Shown: one piece after another, positions 20,070 to 28,841 of the stretch
Layout: each line of letters begins with the position of its first letter
Position numbering within the stretch: position 1 is the first letter of the stretch
DNA from: Nitrosospira multiformis ATCC 25196
GTDB lineage: Bacteria > Pseudomonadota > Gammaproteobacteria > Burkholderiales > Nitrosomonadaceae
DNA: 32,000 bases
NCBI RefSeq assembly: GCF_000196355.1
Contig: NC_007614.1
Span: forward strand, 1,620,001 to 1,652,000
Direction: 5' to 3'
Program-made: the position numbers and the translations under genes
Notes under the pieces: generated by a model
Databases searched by the model: none
Told to the model about the DNA's origin: nothing
What the model saw: the letters and a program-made list of their open reading frames with translations, nothing else

Positions 20070-20255
20070 ATACGCCTCCCATGATTGATAGAATATGATC
20101 ATACCGGCTCAGCCATAACTCCTTCTTTCGCCCGCACGGCCGCAAAGGGTGCGGCAAGTCAGAGAAATATATAAAGCGAGCGGCTTATATTCCTGCTGAT
20201 ATCGCTGCGGTCAGCTGCCATTGAAGAACATACGCCAGCATCTTATAGGCTAATA

Positions 20256-21478
20256 TGTAGTAGTCGCGATCCCATCAGACAGTTTCCCGATTTGACTGGT
20301 GCAGTTGTCAGATCAGATTCAACTGTTCAGTAATGTGATTTTATCGTTCCACACCTCCTTTCCGTCAATTAATGTTTGCATGGGTGTTCGCCCGCAGCAC
20401 ATCTTGCCCTGATGAGTGCGGTCGTGATTGTAGTAGTGCAGCCAGTCATCCAGGTCAATTTGCAACTCCTCGATTGATCGGTATATCTTGCGCCGGAACG
20501 CGACCTGGTAGAACTCTTGCAGGATCGTCTTGTGAAAGCGCTCACAGATGCCGTTGGTCTGCGGATGATTGGCTTTGGTGCGAGTATGTTCAATATCATT
20601 GAGCGCCAGATAGAGCTGATAATCGTGAGTCTCTGGCTTGCCGCAATATTCAGTGCCTCGGTCGGTCAGAATTCGGATCAGGCCCATGTCCTGTTCTGCA
20701 AAGAAGGGTAGTACCCGATCGTTGAGCAAATCCGCGCCTGTAATCGGCGTTTTGGTCGTATAGAGCTTGGCTGTGGCCCACTTGGAGTAGGTGTCGACGA
20801 AGGTCTGCTGATAAATACGACCCACGCCCTTGATCGTGCCCACATAGAAGGTATCCTGACTGCCAAGGTAGCCTGAATGGGCGGTTTCCACCTCCCCATG
20901 GGCGACATCGTCGTCCTGCTTCTTCTCCAGGGCACTAACCTGCGCTTCGGTCAGCACTTCTCCAGTCTGCGCGATATGACATTCCAGTGCCGCCAACCGC
21001 TTCTTGAATGATTCCAGGTCCCTGCGCAGCCAGACAGAGCGAACGCCTGAAGGAGAAATGAAGATGCCGCGTTTGCGTAACTCGTTGGAAACGCGCACTT
21101 GCCCGAATGCAGGCTGCTCAAGGGCAAATGCAGCTACCGCCATCTCGACTGCTTCTTCAACTCTATTCTTGGGATTGGGCTTCCTTCGATTGGCATCAAT
21201 CAGGGCATCGATACCACCATTTTCCATCGCTGACTGATACCGATAGAAGGTATCCCGGGAAAAGCCCATCACCTTGCAGGCACGCGATACATTGCCAAGC
21301 TCGGCTGCCAGATTAAGCAGCCCTACCTTGTGCTTAATAACATTTTGTTGAACACTACTCATGGGGTTACTCCTTTGCGCTTTCAGCGCTCAATTTGATA
21401 AAGATTCGCACCTCTATCAAACCGGGTAACCCCGCTTTTCGCAAGGCCCTACTGTCAGATTAAATCTGAACTACTACA
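20256..21478 (-). mobile_element. IS481-family insertion sequence, copy 1 (1223 bp)
   Basis: Terminal TGTAGTAGT.../...CTACTACA; ends TGTAGTAGTCGCGATCCCATCAGAC and TGTAGTAGTTCAGATTTAATCTGAC. Flanked by perfect 7-bp GCTAATA direct repeats (20249..20255 and 21479..21485). Confidence 0.93.
20319..21362 (-). CDS. IS481-family transposase
   Basis: 347-aa DDE transposase: N-terminal HTH (LGNVSRACKVMGFSRDTFYRYQ) and integrase core (IRILTDRGTEYCG, IEHTRTKANHPQTNGICERFHKTILQEFYQ). Confidence 0.95.
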   Translation of the reverse strand: MSSVQQNVIKHKVGLLNLAAELGNVSRACKVMGFSRDTFYRYQSAMENGGIDALIDANRRKPNPKNRVEEAVEMAVAAFALEQPAFGQVRVSNELRKRGIFISPSGVRSVWLRRDLESFKKRLAALECHIAQTGEVLTEAQVSALEKKQDDDVAHGEVETAHSGYLGSQDTFYVGTIKGVGRIYQQTFVDTYSKWATAKLYTTKTPITGADLLNDRVLPFFAEQDMGLIRILTDRGTEYCGKPETHDYQLYLALNDIEHTRTKANHPQTNGICERFHKTILQEFYQVAFRRKIYRSIEELQIDLDDWLHYYNHDRTHQGKMCCGRTPMQTLIDGKEVWNDKITLLNS

Positions 21479-21493
21479 GCTAATATAACCGGT

Positions 21494-22762
21494 TTGCAAA
21501 CGGCAAGAACAGCCATATCATCATCCGCCTATCCCCTCAGTTTTATGCAATCCGCTGCAAACGCCTGGCGCGATGTGCTGGCAAAGTCCGTGCTATTCTT
21601 TTTTGGGATAGCGCTCTGGTACAAGGGGTTGAGCTTTTATGCCTATTACCTTTTGCCCCTCGCCTGGACGATAGATGGAGGACTGGCCCGCGCTGGAGAA
21701 ACGGTCAGAGAGCCTCTGGCAATCGGCATGCTTCTGTTATGCTTCGTCCTCGCCCTTGGCATACTCTGGAGCGATCATCCTGATCTTGGATTCAAGGTCG
21801 GGCGAAGATATTTTGCCTTTCTCGTTTTTATCCCCTATCTAGGCCTCTTGAATAAGGAACGTCTACCTTGGGCAATCAGTGGAGCGCTCCTGGGTTATTT
21901 TGGCGCACTGCTTATCGGTTTATATCACTGGCTGGTAATGGGCGTACAAGGTATTCCGACTTTGGGGATGCCTTACACCAGTTTCTCTTCGACACTAGGA
22001 ATTGGAGTAATACTGTCTCTCTATATTATAAAAACAAGCAGAAATAATGGAATCCGACTGTTTTTGTGGTTTCTCTCTGCCTTTCTATTGTTCATTCAGT
22101 TTAATCAAGACGCCAGGGGCGCACTTTTAGCAACGCTTTTCTCATCGTTGCTTCTGCTGTTTTTGCTGTATAAAACAAAAACCAAAACCCTTCTGATCGT
22201 GATGACACTGGTGATCACAGTAATCACGTTGTTCGCATCCAATAGTACGAGTTTTCAAGAAAGATTAATGCGAGCGAAGAATGATATTCAGTTATCCTGG
22301 ACAGGAAAATATACAACCAGCTTGGGTTATCGCCTGGCCATGTGGGATGTCGGTCTCCATGGAATAGCCGAGCATCCCTTTGTCGGTCACGGCACGGGAA
22401 CGGCAGCAAGGTATTTCGAGAAAACCGTTGAGACGTATAAAGGGGGTATTTACCGGGATTTAACAGAATTTCACGACACTTATCATTATCACAATGACTG
22501 GATTGAGATCGGAATGCAGTTAGGACTGCTCGGGATGGCGACTTATGCTTTCTTTTTGTGGAGTTGGTATCAAACGCTAAAGAGACATCAACTGATAGTT
22601 CTTGCGGCGGCTTTACTCTGTTTTATTTTTCTGTCCGGCTTAACAGACACTCTGGTTTTTTTTCGACAAACTTTTTACTTGCTTCTTGTAATCACCGCTA
22701 TTGGTATTACCTCTCACAAAGCATCGGAGCGGCTGGACTCTACAAAATATATTACTTCTTGA
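21494..22762 (+). CDS. O-antigen ligase (WaaL)-like polytopic membrane protein
   Basis: Multiple TM segments; central RLAMWDVGLHGIAEHPFVGHGTGT and HYHNDWIEIGMQLGLLGMATY, typical of Wzy_C/O-antigen ligase proteins. Annotated TTG start is 8 nt from the IS target repeat; ATG at 21545 is a likelier start. Confidence 0.85.
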   Translation: MQTARTAISSSAYPLSFMQSAANAWRDVLAKSVLFFFGIALWYKGLSFYAYYLLPLAWTIDGGLARAGETVREPLAIGMLLLCFVLALGILWSDHPDLGFKVGRRYFAFLVFIPYLGLLNKERLPWAISGALLGYFGALLIGLYHWLVMGVQGIPTLGMPYTSFSSTLGIGVILSLYIIKTSRNNGIRLFLWFLSAFLLFIQFNQDARGALLATLFSSLLLLFLLYKTKTKTLLIVMTLVITVITLFASNSTSFQERLMRAKNDIQLSWTGKYTTSLGYRLAMWDVGLHGIAEHPFVGHGTGTAARYFEKTVETYKGGIYRDLTEFHDTYHYHNDWIEIGMQLGLLGMATYAFFLWSWYQTLKRHQLIVLAAALLCFIFLSGLTDTLVFFRQTFYLLLVITAIGITSHKASERLDSTKYITS

Positions 22763-22819
22763 GTGATACTGGCAGTTATTGGAGTGGATGATTCAACATT
22801 AAACTGGGATAAGAAGGAA

Positions 22820-23779
22820 ATGACAAGATCGCCGCTACTGTCTGTCGCATTAGCCAGCTTTAACGGAGAACGCTATATTGCTGAGCAGTTGGAAAGTATA
22901 GCTCAGCAGTATAGACTGCCTGATGAACTCGTCATTTCAGATGATGCCTCCACTGATAGCACTACTGATATCGTATTGAGATTTGCGCGGCATGCTCCAT
23001 TCCCCGTGCAACTCCTCGAGCACTCTGAGCGTCTTGGTTCCACACGTAACTTTCAAACGGCTATATGCGCTTGTAATGGTGACATAATCTTTTTATGTGA
23101 TCAGGACGATGTTTGGTATCCAAAAAAGATCGAACTTATTGAAGCAGGTTTTATCGATAACCATAACGCAGGTGCCGTTTTCACCGATGCAGATGTAGTT
23201 GGCGAAAACTTAAACCCATCTGAAATACGTCTTTGGGAAGCTTTTAAATTCAATTCAAAAGAACAAGCACAAATTAATGGTTGCGATGCACTGGAAGTTT
23301 TGTTCAAGCATCCGGTAGTAACAGGTGCGACAATGGCGTTTCGTTCCATTTATCGAGATCTTATTCTACCTTTACCCGATATGTGGCATGACGCTTGGAT
23401 TGCTCTACTTATTGGAGCAACTTCATCCCTAGTGGCATTGCCCACACCATTGATTGCCTATCGGCAGCATAACTCTAACCAACTTGGGATTCCTCGTAGA
23501 GGTAGGAATCGCGGCAAGACTTGCGCAGAAATATATGGACCACAAGTTCTCCATTATGAATTGACTCGAGCGCGTCTCCTCGCGCACGAGAAGCACTTTC
23601 CAGTTTCTAAGCAGAAACTAGAAAAAATGGAGGAATTGCTTATTTTTTTGCGGAATCGCGCTGCTTTACCTCAAAGTCCTTGGCAGAGATTACCGATAGC
23701 TCTAAATGAACTTGCTGCCTTCCGTTATCATCGATATGCATTCGGAACTATCAGTTTTTGGAAAGACTTGCTACGCTAA
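22820..23779 (+). CDS. glycosyltransferase family 2 (rhamnosyltransferase-like)
   Basis: LLSVALASFNGERYIAEQLESIAQQYRLPDELVISDDASTDST and FLCDQDDVWYPKKIEL. Start placed at MTRSPLLSVA; the open frame starts at 22763. Confidence 0.88.
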   Translation: MTRSPLLSVALASFNGERYIAEQLESIAQQYRLPDELVISDDASTDSTTDIVLRFARHAPFPVQLLEHSERLGSTRNFQTAICACNGDIIFLCDQDDVWYPKKIELIEAGFIDNHNAGAVFTDADVVGENLNPSEIRLWEAFKFNSKEQAQINGCDALEVLFKHPVVTGATMAFRSIYRDLILPLPDMWHDAWIALLIGATSSLVALPTPLIAYRQHNSNQLGIPRRGRNRGKTCAEIYGPQVLHYELTRARLLAHEKHFPVSKQKLEKMEELLIFLRNRAALPQSPWQRLPIALNELAAFRYHRYAFGTISFWKDLLR

Positions 23780-23920
23780 CCATTGCACACCTCTACAAAT
23801 CAAGAATCAATAGGTGTTGCACTGACCGGTTGAATGCGCCGGTACAGTTTATTGGGGTGGGTTTTCCCCCGATTTCACGGACACATCTAAAAAGGCTGAT
23901 AATGAGTCAGGAGGTGTGTC

Positions 23921-24208
23921 ATGGCAACGCGAAGGAAATATGCAGCGGAGTTCAAGCAGGAAGCGGTACAACTAGTTCGGTCTGGCAATGTGCCGGCAAG
24001 CCGGATCGCGCGTGATCTGGGGATTGATCCCAATATGCTGAGCCGGTGGTGCCGGGAAATGGGCTCGGTCGGTAATAAAGCCTTTCAGGGTCAGGGCAGG
24101 CCCCGTGATGAGGAGATGGCTGCGCTCAAACGTGAGCTGATCCAAGTTAGGAAGGAGCGTGATTTTTTAAAAGAAGCGGCGGCGTTATTCGCGAAAGCGT
24201 CGAAATGA
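23921..24208 (+). CDS. IS3-family transposase OrfA
   Basis: 95-aa HTH protein RRKYAAEFKQEAVQLVRSGNVPASRIARDLGIDPNMLSRWCRE. Confidence 0.93.
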   Translation: MATRRKYAAEFKQEAVQLVRSGNVPASRIARDLGIDPNMLSRWCREMGSVGNKAFQGQGRPRDEEMAALKRELIQVRKERDFLKEAAALFAKASK

Positions 24209-25047
24209 GATATCGCATGATCGAACGCTGCCGCGATGCCTTCCCCATTCGCCTGATGTGTCGTTGTCTGCATGTATCAACCAGCGGCTACTATGATTGG
24301 CGAGATCGCCCCTTGAGTCAGAGAGCGCATGATGACCGGCGTTTGCTGGAGCGCATCAGGAAGATTCATGATGGCAGCGATGGGGTGATGGGCAGTCCTC
24401 GAGTCTGGAAGGAGTTGCGTTATGAAGGCGAGGCGTGTGGGTTGAACCGCATAGCACGGCTGATGCGCCAGCAGAGGTTGTATGGCATCCCGCAGCGTAA
24501 ACGCTGGCACAAGAAGGTCTGTGGCCTTCGACCGGAGAATGTGCACAATCACTTGCAGCGGGACTTTACAGCAAGTGAGCCCAACAGCCGGTGGGTGACG
24601 GACATAACCTATGTGCGCACTCAGGAAAGCTGGCTTTATCTGTGCGTGGTCGTGGACCTGTACTCGGGCATCGTGGTCGGCTGGTCAATGAGCCACTGCC
24701 AGGATCCGCAACTGGTGCTGCAGGCCGTACTCATGGCGCTTTGGCAGCGTGAGGCAAAAACTCCCGTCATCCTGCACTCAGATCGCGGCTGTCAGTTTAC
24801 CAGTGACGAGTATCAACGCTTCCTGCAAGGACACAATCTGATTTGCAGCATGAGCGCTGTCGGTAGTTGTGCCGACAACGCGCTAGCAGAGAGCTTCTTT
24901 GGCTTGCTCAAGCGGGAGCGAGTATATCGTCGCCAGTATCGAACCCGGGCTGAGGCGCGCACAGATATCTTCGACTATATCGAGCGATTCCATAATCCGC
25001 GAAAACGGCGACAGCTGGAAATGCGTCAGAAGCAGGATTTAGCTTAA
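24205..25047 (+). CDS. IS3-family transposase OrfB (DDE integrase core)
   Basis: WVTDITYVRTQESWLYLCVVVDLYSGIVVGWSM, HSDRGCQFTSDEYQ, MSAVGSCADNALAESFFGLLKRE. Confidence 0.95.
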   Translation: MRYRMIERCRDAFPIRLMCRCLHVSTSGYYDWRDRPLSQRAHDDRRLLERIRKIHDGSDGVMGSPRVWKELRYEGEACGLNRIARLMRQQRLYGIPQRKRWHKKVCGLRPENVHNHLQRDFTASEPNSRWVTDITYVRTQESWLYLCVVVDLYSGIVVGWSMSHCQDPQLVLQAVLMALWQREAKTPVILHSDRGCQFTSDEYQRFLQGHNLICSMSAVGSCADNALAESFFGLLKRERVYRRQYRTRAEARTDIFDYIERFHNPRKRRQLEMRQKQDLA

Positions 25048-25227
25048 CCAAACCGTCCGGAGAAATGGGGTAAAACCCGGTAGGGTCAGCTAGTCCAGGT
25101 TTCCACTTTAGAACGGTACTGATTCCAGAGTAGGGTGATCCTGCCCTGACGAAGCCACAGCAATATCAAAACTGTGCTAAACGTCTAGGGATTTTGAGTG
25201 TTTAAGGCATATCCTCAGCCATAACAC

Positions 25228-26802
25228 TTAGGGGGATCCAGAATGCTCTGATAAGATTGTCTTCTTGACTGTATATATTTGATAGATCAGGTTTGGCGAA
25301 TCGTGCAGCATCTCGAAGTTATCCGAGATATATTTATGAATTAGGGGATGTGTATTGCAGAAACGTAACTCCTCCCGCCCATCAAGAGGGAAATCGAATA
25401 TCAGGATAAAACCTGGATTTGTCACCTTGATTCGTTCAATTTCTAGCTGTTGAAAGCTTTCACTTCGCGAGAACAAGGCGTATATCTCCCACATAGGAGA
25501 CTTTCTTTCGAACAGGGGATAAGCTCCCGGCCAGAAAGGAGTTGTGATAAAACTTTGACCATCGGCTGCATACTTAGCAACTAATTTCTTTAATAGACTG
25601 ATCTCACTCGCTGTGCGAGCATCAACAGTCACTTTGGTGTCTGAAATTACGATGCTCACACATTGTTTGCTAGGCCGACATTGCCAGGCGGGATGAAAAT
25701 GCACCATCACTAATAAACTTGACCCACATAACAAAAGTGCCAACGGCCATTTGATCCTCGCTGGTTTTGTGGACAACAGCACTAGGCAACCGACTAATAG
25801 AGGAAAAATGCTTTTAGCAAGATGACTTACATCAGCTCGGGAATAAGCATAATGCGCATAGGGCAATGCCAAGAATGCAGTTGCAACCAAGGCCGATGGA
25901 ACAGCCCGCTTGTGAAATTTCTGGCGAGTAACCCATATGATAGCAAGTACGCCAAAAACGACTATAGCGATGAAAAACAAGCCAACCAGCACTCCACGAA
26001 TCGTCTTACCAATAGATACGGAGTCAAATTCCAAACGCCAAGGCCAAGGAACGGGTAGAGTAAGATTAGTTGCTTTAATTTCAAGGAAAAAGAGCAAGCT
26101 TTCCCAGAAGGCAGGAGCAAAGCCTGGTACCAGCAATATCATGAGAAGTATTGGAATATAACCAATTGCTACTCCTACTGCCCATAGCATAGCCACCTTG
26201 ATAAATTCAAGCTTATCCGCTTGCCTGATGGTCAGCCATATCATAACCCCAAAACTACCTAAGACACCGTATACCCCATGGTTACGGCCAAAAACAGCTA
26301 CAAAACCTACACATAAACCGGTGAAAAAGTAACGTCTCCTTGTAGGGTTCTGCACAAGAAAGGCCAATACTCCAATCAGCAGAATAGATAAAGAGACATC
26401 AAATAATTTGTGGCGTGGATACATCCAGACCACCAATGTGATGGCTGAAAGAAGTAAATAAGGAAAATTTAGCGTTCTTGTATTTCGAGCAATTAACAGT
26501 AGAGCGACGAATAATCCCATCACTTGAAAAACCGCCAAGCTACCCCTTAAGGCCACTATGCCATTGTCTCCCCACAGCCACATGAGTGTAGCGGACCAGT
26601 AGTAACGGCCGGGGTCGTAAGCCATGAAATCGCGGATAGGCACCTCACCTAGCATCACACGTTGAACCCCATACCAAAGAAAACCTTCATCCCATAGTGA
26701 GAATCCTTTATGCCCCTGCCATAGAAAAAGTGCGAGCACAACAAGACTGGAGAAAACCAGTATTTGAAAAACTGGAAGCTTATTTTCTTGGGGTTGATGC
26801 AT
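25228..26802 (-). CDS. large polytopic membrane protein, glycosyltransferase-like (GT-C-type topology)
   Basis: 524 aa, many TM helices, N-terminal extracytoplasmic loop with charged residues (LWDEGFLWYGVQRVMLGEVPIRDFMAYDPGRYYW) typical of PMT/ArnT-like families. Confidence 0.7.
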   Translation of the reverse strand: MHQPQENKLPVFQILVFSSLVVLALFLWQGHKGFSLWDEGFLWYGVQRVMLGEVPIRDFMAYDPGRYYWSATLMWLWGDNGIVALRGSLAVFQVMGLFVALLLIARNTRTLNFPYLLLSAITLVVWMYPRHKLFDVSLSILLIGVLAFLVQNPTRRRYFFTGLCVGFVAVFGRNHGVYGVLGSFGVMIWLTIRQADKLEFIKVAMLWAVGVAIGYIPILLMILLVPGFAPAFWESLLFFLEIKATNLTLPVPWPWRLEFDSVSIGKTIRGVLVGLFFIAIVVFGVLAIIWVTRQKFHKRAVPSALVATAFLALPYAHYAYSRADVSHLAKSIFPLLVGCLVLLSTKPARIKWPLALLLCGSSLLVMVHFHPAWQCRPSKQCVSIVISDTKVTVDARTASEISLLKKLVAKYAADGQSFITTPFWPGAYPLFERKSPMWEIYALFSRSESFQQLEIERIKVTNPGFILIFDFPLDGREELRFCNTHPLIHKYISDNFEMLHDSPNLIYQIYTVKKTILSEHSGSP

Positions 26803-26872
26803 TTGGTATTATTGTAACGATAATGTTCAGACGAGAGTATGCAGATTGTAATTCCAACCTATAGACTTTATC

Positions 26873-28095
26873 TGTAGTAGTTCAGATTTAATCTGACAGT
26901 AGGGCCTTGCGAAAAGCGGGGTTACCCGGTTTGATAGAGGTGCGAATCTTTATCAAATTGAGCGCTGAAAGCGCAAAGGAGTAACCCCATGAGTAGTGTT
27001 CAACAAAATGTTATTAAGCACAAGGTAGGGCTGCTTAATCTGGCAGCCGAGCTTGGCAATGTATCGCGTGCCTGCAAGGTGATGGGCTTTTCCCGGGATA
27101 CCTTCTATCGGTATCAGTCAGCGATGGAAAATGGTGGTATCGATGCCCTGATTGATGCCAATCGAAGGAAGCCCAATCCCAAGAATAGAGTTGAAGAAGC
27201 AGTCGAGATGGCGGTAGCTGCATTTGCCCTTGAGCAGCCTGCATTCGGGCAAGTGCGCGTTTCCAACGAGTTACGCAAACGCGGCATCTTCATTTCTCCT
27301 TCAGGCGTTCGCTCTGTCTGGCTGCGCAGGGACCTGGAATCATTCAAGAAGCGGTTGGCGGCACTGGAATGTCATATCGCGCAGACTGGAGAAGTGCTGA
27401 CCGAAGCGCAGGTTAGTGCCCTGGAGAAGAAGCAGGACGACGATGTCGCCCATGGGGAGGTGGAAACCGCCCATTCAGGCTACCTTGGCAGTCAGGATAC
27501 CTTCTATGTGGGCACGATCAAGGGCGTGGGTCGTATTTATCAGCAGACCTTCGTCGACACCTACTCCAAGTGGGCCACAGCCAAGCTCTATACGACCAAA
27601 ACGCCGATTACAGGCGCGGATTTGCTCAACGATCGGGTACTACCCTTCTTTGCAGAACAGGACATGGGCCTGATCCGAATTCTGACCGACCGAGGCACTG
27701 AATATTGCGGCAAGCCAGAGACTCACGATTATCAGCTCTATCTGGCGCTCAATGATATTGAACATACTCGCACCAAAGCCAATCATCCGCAGACCAACGG
27801 CATCTGTGAGCGCTTTCACAAGACGATCCTGCAAGAGTTCTACCAGGTCGCGTTCCGGCGCAAGATATACCGATCAATCGAGGAGTTGCAAATTGACCTG
27901 GATGACTGGCTGCACTACTACAATCACGACCGCACTCATCAGGGCAAGATGTGCTGCGGGCGAACACCCATGCAAACATTAATTGACGGAAAGGAGGTGT
28001 GGAACGATAAAATCACATTACTGAACAGTTGAATCTGATCTGACAACTGCACCAGTCAAATCGGGAAACTGTCTGATGGGATCGCGACTACTACA
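26873..28095 (+). mobile_element. IS481-family insertion sequence, copy 2 (1223 bp), inverted relative to copy 1
   Basis: Same termini and length as copy 1. Flanked by CTTTATC (26866..26872) and ATTTATC (28096..28102), 6/7 matching direct repeat. Confidence 0.92.
26989..28032 (+). CDS. IS481-family transposase
   Basis: 347-aa protein identical to the 20319..21362 product in the ORF track. Confidence 0.95.
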   Translation: MSSVQQNVIKHKVGLLNLAAELGNVSRACKVMGFSRDTFYRYQSAMENGGIDALIDANRRKPNPKNRVEEAVEMAVAAFALEQPAFGQVRVSNELRKRGIFISPSGVRSVWLRRDLESFKKRLAALECHIAQTGEVLTEAQVSALEKKQDDDVAHGEVETAHSGYLGSQDTFYVGTIKGVGRIYQQTFVDTYSKWATAKLYTTKTPITGADLLNDRVLPFFAEQDMGLIRILTDRGTEYCGKPETHDYQLYLALNDIEHTRTKANHPQTNGICERFHKTILQEFYQVAFRRKIYRSIEELQIDLDDWLHYYNHDRTHQGKMCCGRTPMQTLIDGKEVWNDKITLLNS

Positions 28096-28109
28096 ATTTA
28101 TCGGAATCG

Positions 28110-28841
28110 TTATTGAGTTACTGGAGGAAGTATTGACGAAGGAAAAAACCTTCTTGCAAATTCCCTCAGATCGATTTCTGTCTCGCCGCCGTCCATGAAT
28201 CGGAATCTCCACACATTCTGTTGCTCGTCTGAATCCAGTTGCAAAGGATCATCTGCCAGCGCCAATCCGCCTTTTTCAAGGATTTCTCTGGCTTTCCTCG
28301 CGTTCCCTGCTAGCAGGGAGTTCAGAGCATCGGGAATTCCCCTTTTCTTCGCTGCATAGGCTTTGTTCATCCAAGGGGCCATTTCTTCCAGAAGGCCATA
28401 TTTCTTGTAAATGTTCGCCATGCGCGTCAGTTCATTCGCATCATCAAGCAGGTTGCCAGCCAACATGCGCTTGGCGATCATTTCATCCGAGGAAATTTGT
28501 GTTGCGGGTTTGCTCAGGCTGGAAAGGCCTCCAGTATCGGCTTCTGCGACAGCAGGTGTTTTCATCAACCCGGTGCTCAGGCCGGGCGTCGGGTAACCGG
28601 GGATAGATGGCTTCTGCTTATCCTGCTGCCATGGAATCGCTATCTCATCGTTGGCGGCACGGAGCCGCTCGCGTTTTTCCCTGTTGAAGTCTGCCTTGTC
28701 GATCCTCGCCCGATGCAACTCCGCCTCGCGCTCATCCGCCTTTTTCAACCGGTTGGCATCCCGCTGCCGGAGCTTCATATCCTGCCCCGTGCGTATACCC
28801 TGTGCAAGGCCGCCAGCAAACGCGCCCAGACTTTCAAGCAT
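28110..28841 (-). CDS. phage-like hypothetical protein
   Basis: 243-aa ORF starting MLESLGAFAGGLAQGIRTGQDMKLRQRDANR, the style of phage virion-associated proteins; overlaps the next phage-like ORF by 8 nt. Confidence 0.6.
   Translation of the reverse strand: MLESLGAFAGGLAQGIRTGQDMKLRQRDANRLKKADEREAELHRARIDKADFNREKRERLRAANDEIAIPWQQDKQKPSIPGYPTPGLSTGLMKTPAVAEADTGGLSSLSKPATQISSDEMIAKRMLAGNLLDDANELTRMANIYKKYGLLEEMAPWMNKAYAAKKRGIPDALNSLLAGNARKAREILEKGGLALADDPLQLDSDEQQNVWRFRFMDGGETEIDLREFARRFFPSSILPPVTQ

Larger units (their letters stand above)
23859..25078 (+). mobile_element. IS3-family insertion sequence, approximate limits
   Basis: orfA/orfB pair bracketed by imperfect inverted sequences GGGTTTTCCCCCGATTTCACGGAC (23859..23882) and GGGTTTTACCCCATTTCTCCGGAC (reverse complement of 25055..25078), 18/24 matching. 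Exact ends and target duplication not resolved. Confidence 0.8.

Noticed and set aside
20256-28095. Composite transposon formed by the two IS481 copies moving as a unit
   Set aside because: The outer flanks lack a common target duplication, whereas each copy has its own short flanking direct repeat; independent insertion is simpler.
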